From an uncultured Actinomycetota bacterium (GTDB lineage: Bacteria > Actinomycetota > Actinomycetes > Propionibacteriales > Nocardioidaceae), in the NCBI GenBank assembly GCA_963791175.1, contig CAWBRC010000001.1, forward strand, positions 880,063 to 944,062: a stretch of DNA of 64,000 nucleotides, given 5' to 3'. Below the pieces are notes generated by a model. The model made no database searches. It saw only the letters and a list, made by a program, of their open reading frames with translations, and was not told the DNA's origin. A program made the position numbers and the translations under genes. Below are positions 8,929 to 19,431 of the stretch, piece after piece; position 1 is the first letter of the stretch; each line of letters begins with the position of its first letter.

Positions 8929-10413
8929 GTGAAGAGCGCCGTCGAGACCTTGAGCCCGACCCGGGCCAAGCTGACCGTCGAGGTGCCCTTCGAGGAGCTC
9001 AAGCCGAGCCTCGACGCGGCGTACAAGCAGATCGCCAAGCAGATCAACGTGCCGGGCTTCCGCCGCGGCAAGGTGCCGCCGGCGGTCATCGACCGCCAGG
9101 TCGGTCGCGAGGCGGTCCTCGACCAGGCGATCAACGACGTGCTTCCCGAGAAGTACATGGAGGCGCTGCAGAGCAACTCCCTCGAGCCGCTGGCCCAGCC
9201 CGAGATCGAGGTCACCAAGCACGGTGAGGAGGGGCTGGAGTTCACCGCCGAGGTGGACGTGAAGCCCGAGATCACCCTGCCGTCGTACGACGGCCTCGCG
9301 GCCACCGTCGACGACCTCGAGGTGAGCGACGCGGACGTCGAGGAGCAGGTGCAGGCGCTGCGCGAGCGGTTCGCCACGCTCTCCGACGTCGAGCGGCCCG
9401 CCGCCGACGGTGACTTCGTGGTCATCGACCTCACCGCGACCCGCGAGGGCGAGGTCGTGGACGGCGCCGAGCTGACCGGCATGAGCTACCAGGTCGGCCG
9501 CGGCGGCATGATCGACGGCCTCGACGAGGCGCTCGTCGGCATGGGCGTCGACGACGAGAAGACCTTCCAGACCGAGCTCGTCGGTGGCGACCTGGTCGGC
9601 CAGGAGGTCGAGGTGCAGGTCAAGGTCACCCAGGTCCAGGAGCAGGAGCTCCCCGAGTTCGACGACGACTTCGCCCAGGAGGCCTCGGAGTTCGACACCG
9701 TGGCCGAGCTGAACGACGACGTCCGCGACCGCCTCAGCCGCGGCAAGCGGCTCGAGCAGGCCGCCGCCGCGCGCGACGCCGTCCTCGAGGCGCTGCTCGA
9801 CAAGATGGAGGTGCCGCTGCCCGAGACCATCGTCACCGACGAGCTCAACGCCCGTCGCCAGTCCATCGAGCAGCAGCTCGTGTACTCCGGCATGACGATG
9901 GAGGCCTACCTCGAGGAGCAGGGCCAGACCCAGGAGGAGTTCGAGGCCGACCTCGACCGCCGGGTCCGCGACGCGGTGGCCGCCCAGTTCGTGCTCGACG
10001 CGATCGCGAAGAAGGAGGAGTTCGGCGTCGACCAGAACGAGCTCTCCCAGCACCTGGTCCGCCGCGCCCAGCAGTCCGGCCAGGACCCGCAGGAGTTCGC
10101 GAACCACATGTTCGAGCACAACCACATCCCCGAGCTCGTGCAGGAGATCCTGCGCGGCAAGGCGCTCGCGCAGATCGTCGAGGCCGCGACCGTCACCGAC
10201 GAGTCCGGCAACCACGTGGAGCTGAAGAACCTCCAGCCCGACGGCACCATCGGTGAGCCGGCCGACGAGGACGCGCCCGCCGACGACGCCGCCGACGACG
10301 CCGCCGACGAGGCGCCTGACGAGGCCACCGACGAGGGCACCGACGAGGCGGCTGACGAGGCGGCGGACGAGGCCACCGACGAGCAGGGCGACTCGGAGAA
10401 GCAGCCCGGCTGA
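8929..10413 (+). CDS. tig: Trigger factor with acidic low-complexity C-terminal tail
   Basis: KSAVETLSPTRAKLTVEVPFEEL...VPGFRRGKVP signature; lies upstream of clpP/clpX. Confidence 0.97.
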   Translation: MKSAVETLSPTRAKLTVEVPFEELKPSLDAAYKQIAKQINVPGFRRGKVPPAVIDRQVGREAVLDQAINDVLPEKYMEALQSNSLEPLAQPEIEVTKHGEEGLEFTAEVDVKPEITLPSYDGLAATVDDLEVSDADVEEQVQALRERFATLSDVERPAADGDFVVIDLTATREGEVVDGAELTGMSYQVGRGGMIDGLDEALVGMGVDDEKTFQTELVGGDLVGQEVEVQVKVTQVQEQELPEFDDDFAQEASEFDTVAELNDDVRDRLSRGKRLEQAAAARDAVLEALLDKMEVPLPETIVTDELNARRQSIEQQLVYSGMTMEAYLEEQGQTQEEFEADLDRRVRDAVAAQFVLDAIAKKEEFGVDQNELSQHLVRRAQQSGQDPQEFANHMFEHNHIPELVQEILRGKALAQIVEAATVTDESGNHVELKNLQPDGTIGEPADEDAPADDAADDAADEAPDEATDEGTDEAADEAADEATDEQGDSEKQPG

Positions 10414-10533
10414 CCTCATCGGGCGCCTCAGGGGTCGAAGGACCACGGATTCCGCAGATCTGACGGGGCGTCCGGACGGTCGACCACCCGTCCGGGACCG
10501 GCAGCCGACACGCCCGCGCAGGCGCCTGGCACC

Positions 10534-10557
10534 CAGTGAGTGCACATGCGTTCACTG
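10534..10557. promoter_or_regulatory. Imperfect palindrome (possible TetR-type operator) upstream of the lipase gene
   Basis: CAGTGAgtGCA-ca-TGCgtTCACTG next to a TAGGCT -10 element at 10563. Confidence 0.4.
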
Positions 10558-10574
10558 ATGCGTAGGCTCGGGCC

Positions 10575-11708
10575 ATGGCCCAGGTCGCGACCCCCGGTCC
10601 CACGGTGCTCGACGCGCTCTCACTGCTGGCCCAGGTCGGCGACGAGCTGGTCGTCCGGACCGTGCGCGACACCCACCTCGCCGTGCTCGACCGGACACCG
10701 GCGGGACGCGTCCACCGCGGCATCGCCGGCGCCGTCTACCGCGGGCTCACCGGGAGTCTCGCCGGCGCCGGTCGCGCGCTGGACCGGGTCGCCGCGACCC
10801 GGGTCGGGCCGCGGCTCGAGGCGGACCCGTACGGTCGCTTCGTCAGCGCCGCGGTGAACGGGCTGATCGGGGACCGGCTGCTCCGCGAGCGACCGCAGCT
10901 GGCCATCCCGATGGCGGTGCGCCGGCACGGCGCGGACGTCGCACCGGAGCAGGAGGCGCTGGCCCAGGCGTTCCCGGACGCGACGGGGCGGTTGGTGCTC
11001 TTCCTGCACGGGCTGTGCGAGAACGAGTCCTACTGGGACCGGCACCGGGATCGCACCGGGACGACGTACGCCGCCATGCTGGCCGAGCGCGGGTGGACGC
11101 CCGTGATGCTGCGGGCCAACACCGGCCTGCCGTTGCGCGAGAACGGCGCCGCGCTGGCGGGGCTGCTGCAGCGGCTGGTCGACGAGTGGCCGGTCGAGGT
11201 CACGCGGATCGCCCTGGTCGGGCACTCGCTGGGCGGGCTGGTGGTGCGCGCGGCCGGTGCCGTGGTCAGTGACCTGGAGGCGCCGTGGACCAGCCTGGTC
11301 ACCGACGTGGTCACCCTCGGCACCCCCCACCTGGGCGCGCCGATCGCATGGGGCATCGGCCACGGCAGCCGGGGGTTGTCGATGTTCGAGGAGACCGCGG
11401 CCTTCGGCCGGATCCTCGACTGGCGCTCGCGCGGCGTGCACGACCTCGTCCACGGCCTCGCCGAGGACGTGCCGCCGCTGCCGCACGCCCGCTACCACCT
11501 CGTCGCCGCCACGCTGACCCGCAGCCAGCGGCACCCCGTCGGCCACGTCGTGGGGGACCTGCTGGTCCGGCCGCGCTCGGCGTACGGCCGGGAGCGGGGC
11601 CGGACGCTGTTCCCGGACGCCGACGTGCTCCACCTCGGCCGCACCGGCCACTTCGGGCTGCTCAACCACCCCGAGGTGCACCGCGCTCTGCAACAGTGGC
11701 TCGCATGA
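10575..11708 (+). CDS. Lipase-like alpha/beta hydrolase (PGAP1/DUF676-like)
   Basis: LFLHGLCENE, GHSLGG, VTLGTPHLGAP, GDLLV, GHFGLLNHP. Confidence 0.85.
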   Translation: MAQVATPGPTVLDALSLLAQVGDELVVRTVRDTHLAVLDRTPAGRVHRGIAGAVYRGLTGSLAGAGRALDRVAATRVGPRLEADPYGRFVSAAVNGLIGDRLLRERPQLAIPMAVRRHGADVAPEQEALAQAFPDATGRLVLFLHGLCENESYWDRHRDRTGTTYAAMLAERGWTPVMLRANTGLPLRENGAALAGLLQRLVDEWPVEVTRIALVGHSLGGLVVRAAGAVVSDLEAPWTSLVTDVVTLGTPHLGAPIAWGIGHGSRGLSMFEETAAFGRILDWRSRGVHDLVHGLAEDVPPLPHARYHLVAATLTRSQRHPVGHVVGDLLVRPRSAYGRERGRTLFPDADVLHLGRTGHFGLLNHPEVHRALQQWLA

Positions 11709-12184
11709 CCGACGGCGTGGCGGGCGCGGGCCGCGAGCTGCGGGCCGAGACGACGATCGACGCCCCGCCGGAGGCGGTCTGGGCGGTGCTGGGCGACCTA
11801 CGACGGATGCCGGAGCTCTCGCCCGAGCTGGTCCGGATGGTGCCGCTCAAGCCCGGCGGCCTGCGGCCGGGGCAGTGGTACCTCGGCGTCAACCGGCGCA
11901 AGGCGGTGCTCTGGCCGACCCGGAGCGTGGTCGCCGACGTCGACCCGGGGCACGCCGTGGCGTGGGACACGCGGTCCAGCGGCGCCCGCTGGATCTGGGA
12001 GCTCACGCCGGAGGGCTCCGGGACCCGCGTCGTGCACCGCCGGCCGGTGCCGCGCCGGCTGACCGGGCTGAGCTGCGCCTTCGCCCGGGCGTTCCTGGGC
12101 GGCGTCGACGGCCACGCCGACGAGCTCGAGAAGGGCATGGCCGTCTCGGCCGCCCGGCTCAAGCGGGCGGTCGAGGGCTCGTGA
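11705..12184 (+). CDS. SRPBCC family protein
   Basis: [26 protein letters not shown]...[14 protein letters not shown]; ATGA overlap with the upstream stop. Confidence 0.88.
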   Translation: MTDGVAGAGRELRAETTIDAPPEAVWAVLGDLRRMPELSPELVRMVPLKPGGLRPGQWYLGVNRRKAVLWPTRSVVADVDPGHAVAWDTRSSGARWIWELTPEGSGTRVVHRRPVPRRLTGLSCAFARAFLGGVDGHADELEKGMAVSAARLKRAVEGS

Positions 12185-12198
12185 CCCCGGGTTTCATC

Positions 12199-12212
12199 TG
12201 CCCAGAGCGAAC
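12199..12212 (-). promoter_or_regulatory. ClgR-like binding site upstream of clpP1
   Basis: Minus strand reads GTTCGC-TCTGG-GCA, against the actinobacterial ClgR motif GTTCGC-N5-GCG. Confidence 0.6.
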
Positions 12213-12263
12213 AAGGCGGGACACGCCGTGGAACTGGCCCTCACCCCGGCTATGGTCGGGCTC

Positions 12264-12896
12264 GTGACTGCTCAGACTTCCGCCCCGTCGGCCGGCGGTG
12301 GCGCCGGTATCGCCGTCCTCGACGACCACATCTACCAGCGCCTGCTGCGGGAGCGGATCGTCTTCCTCGGCTCCGAGGTGCGCGACCAGAACGCCAACGC
12401 GATCTGCGCGCAGCTGCTGCTGCTCTCGGCCGAGGACCCCGAGGCGGACATCTTCCTGCACATCAACAGCCCGGGTGGCTCGGTCGACGCCGGCATGGCG
12501 ATCTACGACACCATGAACTACATCCCCAACGACGTGGCCACCGTCGGCATGGGGCTCGCCGCGTCGATGGGGCAGTTCCTGCTCTGCGCCGGCACCAAGG
12601 GCAAGCGCTACGCGCTGCCCCACTCGCGGATCATGATGCACCAGCCCTCCTCGGGCATGGGCGGCTCCGCGTCCGACATCAAGATCCAGGCCCAGCAGTC
12701 CCTGCACATCAAGAAGGTCCTGCTGGAGCTGATCGCTCAGCACACGGGCCAGACGGTCGAACAGATCGAGCAGGACGCCGACCGCGACCGCTGGTTCACC
12801 GCCGACCAGGCCAAGGAGTACGGCCTCGTCGACCAGGTGGTCACCAGTGCCCGCGAAGCTGCTGACGACGGCCGCCCCGCGCGGCAGAAGGACTGA
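12264..12896 (+). CDS. clpP1: ATP-dependent Clp protease proteolytic subunit 1
   Basis: [36 protein letters not shown]; start chosen from TATGGT-N7-GTG spacing. Confidence 0.95.
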   Translation: MTAQTSAPSAGGGAGIAVLDDHIYQRLLRERIVFLGSEVRDQNANAICAQLLLLSAEDPEADIFLHINSPGGSVDAGMAIYDTMNYIPNDVATVGMGLAASMGQFLLCAGTKGKRYALPHSRIMMHQPSSGMGGSASDIKIQAQQSLHIKKVLLELIAQHTGQTVEQIEQDADRDRWFTADQAKEYGLVDQVVTSAREAADDGRPARQKD

Positions 12897-12903
12897 CCCC
12901 GAC

Positions 12904-13539
12904 ATGAACGACCTGAGCCCGTCGATGAACTACTACATCCCGCAGTGGGAGGAGCGGACGTCGTACGGCTTCCGCAGGATCGACCCCTACGGCAAGCTGT
13001 TCGAGGACCGCATCATCTACCTCGGCACCCCGATCTCCGACGACGTCGCGAACGCCGTGATCGCCCAGCTGATGTGCCTGGAGTCGATGAACCCCGACCA
13101 GGACATCCAGATCTACATCAACAGCCCCGGTGGGTCGTTCACGGCGCTGACCGCGATCTACGACACCATGAACTTCATCAAGTCCGACGTGCAGACCGTG
13201 TGCATCGGGCAGGCGGCCTCCGCGGCGGCGATCCTGCTCGCGGCCGGCGCCCCCGGCAAGCGGCTGGCGCTGCCCAACAGCCGGATCCTGATCCACCAGC
13301 CCTACACCGAGGGCACGTTCGGCCAGACCTCCGACATCGAGATCCAGGCCAACGAGATCCTGCGGATGCGCGAGCTGCTCGAGAAGATGATCTCCGACCA
13401 CAGCGGTCGTTCGATCGAGCAGGTCAGCCGGGACATCGAGCGCGACAAGATCCTCACCGCCGAGGAGGCCGTCGACTACGGCCTGATCGACGCCGTGATC
13501 GAGTCGCGCAAGGGGGCACCGGCACTCACTGCCGGCTGA
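12904..13539 (+). CDS. clpP2: ATP-dependent Clp protease proteolytic subunit 2
   Basis: DPYGKLFEDRIIYLG, INSPGGSF, GQAASAA, RILIHQP. Confidence 0.95.
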   Translation: MNDLSPSMNYYIPQWEERTSYGFRRIDPYGKLFEDRIIYLGTPISDDVANAVIAQLMCLESMNPDQDIQIYINSPGGSFTALTAIYDTMNFIKSDVQTVCIGQAASAAAILLAAGAPGKRLALPNSRILIHQPYTEGTFGQTSDIEIQANEILRMRELLEKMISDHSGRSIEQVSRDIERDKILTAEEAVDYGLIDAVIESRKGAPALTAG

Positions 13540-13620
13540 CACGCGGCCCCGTGTCTCGCCACGAACGGGCGAGGGACGGGGTACCGTTCGGGACGCACCA
13601 CGTGGATGAGGAGGAACACC

Positions 13621-14904
<1,284 letters not shown>

Positions 14905-14905
14905 C

Positions 14906-14959
14906 CGCCTCGTCCGCCTGGCTGAGCCTGGAACAGGCGGTCACGGCACGGACGAATCG
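14906..14959 (+). repeat. 54-bp palindromic-ended repeat, copy 1
   Basis: cgcctcgtccgcctggctgagcctggaacaggcggtcacggcacggacgaatcg; 42/54 ungapped identity to copy 3 by manual alignment. Confidence 0.75.
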
Positions 14960-14960
14960 C

Positions 14961-15968
14961 TCACGGGATCAGCGGCATGGCCGGGACTCCGGCGCGTCGC
15001 AGGTCGGCCATGACCTCCCAGGGCTCCAGGCGCAGCTCGATGGAGGCACAGCGCAGCACGGTGCTGCGACTCAGCACGACCGATCGCTCGCGCTTCATGT
15101 CGCGCCACCAGTTGCCCACGCGCAGGTGGAAGGAGCCGTCGACCTCCAGGATCACCACCCGGCCGTCGGGCAGCTCCCACTCGCAGTCGAGGTACCGACG
15201 CCGGCCGTCGGTGTCGGTCCGCACCGCCTGGCGGACGGGCGCCGCCAGCCCGGCGCGCTGGCAGAGGACGCCGACCTCGATCTCCGCGAACGACTGTGCG
15301 CCGCCGTCGATGTCCCCCAGCGCGAGCTCGAAGACCGCGCCGTTGCGGAGCTTGCGGATCCCGGGCTTGGTGGCGAGGAGCCGTTCCGCCGTGGTCAGCC
15401 GCTGCTGGACACACGCCGCGAGCAGGCCGATCGCGCGGCGTACGAATCGGTCCCGTTCGGCCGTGAGCAGGGCCGCGTGCTCGATCGGCAGCCGTGGGGG
15501 ACCGGGCGAGACCGGGCGCAGCCAATGTCGGTAGGGCCGGCGGGTCTGGTGGAAGAAGAAGCCGTCGAGCGGCTCGACCAGGTCTCCCTTGGGGGTCAGC
15601 ACGTCGATGGTGTCGTCATCGCCCCTCCACTCCAGCCCGGCGCGCCGGCAGGCGGTGAGGTGGGTGAGCACCGCGCCGTCGCCTGCGTGCAGGACGCCGA
15701 GCCACAGCCTCTGGTCGTGGGTCAGGGGAGCGTTCTGGAGCGCCACGACGCCGGTCGTGGGCGCGTGCCAGCGGTCGTACCTGATCTCGTGGTCGATCTG
15801 GTTGTCGCTCCAGCCGAGCTCCTTGAGCTGGGACCGGGCCACGACCTGCTCCTGCGCGGCCGCGAGCGACGCGATCCGGGCCACCCGCGCCGCCCGATTC
15901 GTCTGCGGTCCGACCGCCTTTTCGAGGCTGAGGTCGACAGACGAATCGTCGGCGGGGAGGGCACTCAC
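14961..15968 (-). CDS. AbiEi-like N-terminus plus DUF559/Vsr-like nuclease domain protein
   Basis: AAAQEQVVARSQLKELGW (AbiEi-like); AQSFAEIE...PVRQ...YLDCEW...VILEVDGSFH...RDMKRER...VLRC; start uncertain (15884, 15968 or 15992). Confidence 0.7.
   Translation of the reverse strand: MSALPADDSSVDLSLEKAVGPQTNRAARVARIASLAAAQEQVVARSQLKELGWSDNQIDHEIRYDRWHAPTTGVVALQNAPLTHDQRLWLGVLHAGDGAVLTHLTACRRAGLEWRGDDDTIDVLTPKGDLVEPLDGFFFHQTRRPYRHWLRPVSPGPPRLPIEHAALLTAERDRFVRRAIGLLAACVQQRLTTAERLLATKPGIRKLRNGAVFELALGDIDGGAQSFAEIEVGVLCQRAGLAAPVRQAVRTDTDGRRRYLDCEWELPDGRVVILEVDGSFHLRVGNWWRDMKRERSVVLSRSTVLRCASIELRLEPWEVMADLRRAGVPAMPLIP
15895..15948 (-). repeat. 54-bp palindromic-ended repeat, copy 2 (inverted)
   Basis: Reverse complement cgattcgtctgtcgacctcagcctcgaaaaggcggtcggaccgcagacgaatcg; 41/54 identity to copy 3; 11-bp terminal inverted repeats. 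Confidence 0.75.
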
Positions 15969-16020
15969 GCCCCGAGCCTGCCCGAGCGCCACCGTCTCGC
16001 GAGCGGGCCGTCCACAGCCC

Positions 16021-16074
16021 CGATTCGTCTGCGTGGCTGAGCCTGGAAATGGCGGTGAAAGCGCAGACGAATAG
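16021..16074 (+). repeat. 54-bp palindromic-ended repeat, copy 3
   Basis: cgattcgtctgcgtggctgagcctggaaatggcggtgaaagcgcagacgaatag. Confidence 0.75.
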
Positions 16075-16076
16075 GC

Positions 16077-19007
16077 TCAGTCGCCGAGCAGCCGCTCTCG
16101 GTGCGCGGTGGCCACCAGCTCGGAGCGGCGGCCGGCGTCGAGCTTGGCGAGCAGGTTGGAGACGTGCCGCTCGACGGTGCGGTGGCTGATGTAGAGCCGG
16201 GCGCCGATGGCGCGGTCGGTGAGGCCCTCGGCGACGAGCCCGAGGACGTCGAGCTCGCGGCGGGTGAGGCGGTACGGGTTGACGTCGTCCGGTACGGCGG
16301 CCAGGACGCGGAGCCGGGAGCGGCGGCCGAGGTCCGCGACGAGCGCGAGGAGGTGCTCGGCGCCGGCGCGGGTGGCGTCCTGGACGGCGCTGGCGAGCCG
16401 GTCGGCCGCGGCGTCGCGGTCGCCGTCGGCCAGCAGCGCCCGGGCCTCACGGATCCGGTACTCGGCCGAGCGGTAGGGGTCCTCCAGCGCGTCGTGCAGC
16501 GCGGCGGCGGCGGCCCAGTCCGCGGCCGAACCGGAGAGCTCGGCCGCGGCGGCGCGGAGGCCGGCCTCGACGTGCGGCGGCCGCCAGGGGATCGAGTCGG
16601 CGGAGGCCTCGGCGCGCGCGAGCAGCGTCTCGGCCTCCTCCCGCCGCGGCGGGTCCTGGGCCATCGCCGCAGCGATCCCGGCGGTCAGGAGCGGGACCTC
16701 GAAGAACGGGTGCCACCGCTCGGGGAGCCGGGTCAGGCCCTCACCGACCAGGGCGTACGCCGCGGCGGCGTCCCCCTGCGCGCTGAGGCACTCGGCCAGG
16801 CCGGTGTAGAGCGGGCCCAGGAGCTGGGGGTCGAGCAGCTTGTCGCCCTCGGTCCGGGCGCGCTCGAGGCAGGCCTGCGCCTGCTCCAGCGCACCCCGGC
16901 GCAGCAGCAGCTCGCCGGCGGTCAGGTCGACGCGGATGCTGTCCACTCCTTGTGGGTCGAGCTCGCGGGCCTCGCTCACCAGGTGCTCGGCCTCGTCCAC
17001 CCGCCCGAGCAGGGTCAGCATCTGCGCCGCGTCGCAGCGGCACCAGACCCCCTTGCGCCGGCGCAGCCCGAGCTCGTCACCGACCCGGACGCTCTCGAGG
17101 GCGACGTCGGCGGCCTCGGCGATCCGACCGGCGATCATCAGCACGCTGCCGAGGTTGACGAGCGCGCGGGCGTTCTCGTCGACGTCGTCGAGCTCCTCGT
17201 CCGCGATCACGATGGCCCGCCGGAGCTCCGCGATCCCCTCGTCGACGCGGCCGAGGAGGGCCAGGTCGACGCCGAGGTTGCAGCGGGCGTGCCCCTCGAT
17301 GGACCGGCCGTCCGGGACCTGGCGCGCGACCTCGATGGCCTGCCGCGCACGGTCCTCGGACTCGGCGTACCGGTCGGCCAGCATGAGGATCTGGGAGAGG
17401 CCGCTCAGCACCGCGGCCCGGGCGCGGGTCGGGGGCTGCTCCGGGACCAGGACCACCGCCTGCTCGTAGGCGGCCAGCGACCCGTGGCCGTCGCCGGCCA
17501 TCCAGAGGTAGCGGCCCAGCCGCTCGTGCAGCCAGCCGCGCAGCGTGGCGTCGTCCGGGTCCGCGCACTCGATGGCCTCGCGCACGAGGCGGGTGGCCAG
17601 CAGCGGGTGCGCGGCCAGGTGGGCGACCTCGGCCGCCCACCGCAGCAGCCGCGGGCGGGGTACGTCGAGCACCCGCTCGCCGCCGGGGACCGAGTCGAGC
17701 AGCTCCAGGGCCCGCTCGTAGTGGCTCAGCGACTCGACGAACGCCAGCGCGTCGCTCGCCTCCCGGCCGGCCGTCACCGACCACACCAGGGCCTGCTCGG
17801 GCTCCCCGGCGGCGTCCCAGTGTCGGGCGATCCGCCCGGCCACGCCGACGGTCCCGCGGCCGGCCAGCTCGGGCGACGCGGTCAGGGTCTCGGCCAGCCG
17901 GCGGTGCGCGCGGGCGGTCTCACCGGGCAGCATGCTCGCGGCGATGGCCTCCTGGAGCAGCGCGTGCCGGAAGACCAGCGCGTCGCCCTCGGTCTGCAGG
18001 ACGTGGGCGCCCACGGCGTCGCGGAGCGCGGACTCGAGCCGGTCGCCCTTGACGTCGACGACGGCCTCGAGGAGGCGGTACGGCACCACCCGCCCGGCCA
18101 GGCTCGCGGTGCGCAGCAGCTGGCGGGTGGCCGGCTTGAGCGCCTCGAGCCGGGCCAGCAGCAGGTCGCGGATCGTGCTCGGGAGCTCACCCGGCTCCGA
18201 GCCGAGGGCGAGGAGCTCCTCGGCGAAGAAGGGGTTGCCCTCTGCGCGGGTGTAGATGTCGTCGAGCAGCTCGCGGCGGGGCGGCAGCCCGAGGATGTCG
18301 CTGATCTGCAGCGCCTGCTGGTCGCGGGTGAGCGGGTCGAGCCGGACCCGCTGCTCGCCGCTGCGCGCGAGCTCGGCGACGTACCGGGCCAGGCCGGTCG
18401 GCGCCGGCGACTCGTCGGAGCGCAGCGTGAGCAGCAGCAGGATCGCGCCGGGCTGCTGGCGGGCGAGCGCCGCGAGCAGCTCGCGGGTCGAGGTGTCCGA
18501 CCAGTGCACGTCCTCGACGACCAGCACGAGCGGCCGCACGGCGCTGCGCCGCTGCAGCAGGGTGGAGAGGGCCTGGAGCAGCCGGCTCGACCCGTGGGTG
18601 AGGGGCGCGGGCTCCTCGCCGGGCTCGAGCAGCGCCGGCACCAGCCGGCCGAGCTCGACCGCGGCCGGCCCGGCCTCCCGGCGTACGGCGAGCACGCCGT
18701 CGCGCCGGACGAGCGCGGAGATGGCCTCGACCAGGGGCGCGTACGGCAGCGTCAGGGCGCCCTGGGCCACGCAGTGCCCCACGAGCACGTCCACGTCCCG
18801 GTCCGCCAGTCGGGTGGTGAGCTCGCGGACGACGCGGGTCTTGCCGATGCCGGCCGGCCCCTCGAGCAGGGCAGCCGTCAGCCGCTCGTCGGCGACCGCC
18901 GCGTCGAGCAGCGCCTCGAGTCGGGCCAGCGCGTCCTCGCGCCCGACCAGCCTGCGGCTGGCCGAGCGGGCGGCCGAGCGGCCGCCGGCCTGCGCCGCGG
19001 ACGTCAT
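16077..19007 (-). CDS. Large ATP-binding LuxR-family regulator (AAA ATPase + TPR + HTH)
   Basis: LVGRE, GPAGIGKT (Walker A), LVLVVEDVHWSD (Walker B), GNPFF, C-terminal LTRRELDVLGLVAEGLTDRAIGARLYISHRTVERHVSNLLAKL. Confidence 0.93.
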   Translation of the reverse strand: MTSAAQAGGRSAARSASRRLVGREDALARLEALLDAAVADERLTAALLEGPAGIGKTRVVRELTTRLADRDVDVLVGHCVAQGALTLPYAPLVEAISALVRRDGVLAVRREAGPAAVELGRLVPALLEPGEEPAPLTHGSSRLLQALSTLLQRRSAVRPLVLVVEDVHWSDTSTRELLAALARQQPGAILLLLTLRSDESPAPTGLARYVAELARSGEQRVRLDPLTRDQQALQISDILGLPPRRELLDDIYTRAEGNPFFAEELLALGSEPGELPSTIRDLLLARLEALKPATRQLLRTASLAGRVVPYRLLEAVVDVKGDRLESALRDAVGAHVLQTEGDALVFRHALLQEAIAASMLPGETARAHRRLAETLTASPELAGRGTVGVAGRIARHWDAAGEPEQALVWSVTAGREASDALAFVESLSHYERALELLDSVPGGERVLDVPRPRLLRWAAEVAHLAAHPLLATRLVREAIECADPDDATLRGWLHERLGRYLWMAGDGHGSLAAYEQAVVLVPEQPPTRARAAVLSGLSQILMLADRYAESEDRARQAIEVARQVPDGRSIEGHARCNLGVDLALLGRVDEGIAELRRAIVIADEELDDVDENARALVNLGSVLMIAGRIAEAADVALESVRVGDELGLRRRKGVWCRCDAAQMLTLLGRVDEAEHLVSEARELDPQGVDSIRVDLTAGELLLRRGALEQAQACLERARTEGDKLLDPQLLGPLYTGLAECLSAQGDAAAAYALVGEGLTRLPERWHPFFEVPLLTAGIAAAMAQDPPRREEAETLLARAEASADSIPWRPPHVEAGLRAAAAELSGSAADWAAAAALHDALEDPYRSAEYRIREARALLADGDRDAAADRLASAVQDATRAGAEHLLALVADLGRRSRLRVLAAVPDDVNPYRLTRRELDVLGLVAEGLTDRAIGARLYISHRTVERHVSNLLAKLDAGRRSELVATAHRERLLGD

Positions 19008-19062
19008 GGCAGATCAGTATGGTCCGCGACGGGGGCCGGCGGCAGTCCGCTCGTCGGTGCGG

Positions 19063-19314
19063 TCAGTGGCCTTCCTGCACCTGCACCAGCTGGTCGGCGA
19101 CCAGCCCGTGCGCCTCGCGGTGCACGCGGATCGCCGACTCGGCGTCCGGGGCCTCGACGAGGCAGAAGACCTTGCCCGTGGCCTCGTCGAACCAGTACTG
19201 CTTGTAGTCCACGCCGTAGGCGCCCTGCGTCTCGAGGTCGGCCTTGTGGGCGTTGCCCACGGCCTCGGCGGTCAGCCCCTCGACCTTCTCGTGGACATCC
19301 ATGAACAGCGGCAT
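19063..19314 (-). CDS. DUF4242 / SCO4226-like protein, second paralogue (83 aa)
   Basis: MPLFMDVH...YWFDEATGKVFCLVEAPDAESAIRVHREAHGLVAD; AAGGAGG ribosome-binding site; 51/83 identical to 1075-1326. Confidence 0.87.
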   Translation of the reverse strand: MPLFMDVHEKVEGLTAEAVGNAHKADLETQGAYGVDYKQYWFDEATGKVFCLVEAPDAESAIRVHREAHGLVADQLVQVQEGH

Positions 19315-19431
19315 GTCAGCCTCCTTCGTCGGTGGTGTTCTGTTCACCGACGAGGTTGCTCCGGACGGGCGCCGGCCACGTACGGGTAACCACGTAGATC
19401 TCGCGGTGGGTGACCGCCGCGGGACCGACCC

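Noticed and set aside
16101-19304. Long antisense or alternative-frame ORFs (e.g. 1067 aa at 16101, 980 aa at 1000-3942, 851 aa at 56322)
   Set aside because: Shadow ORFs caused by high GC and codon bias; they overlap well-supported genes and carry no motifs apart from frameshifted pieces of real genes
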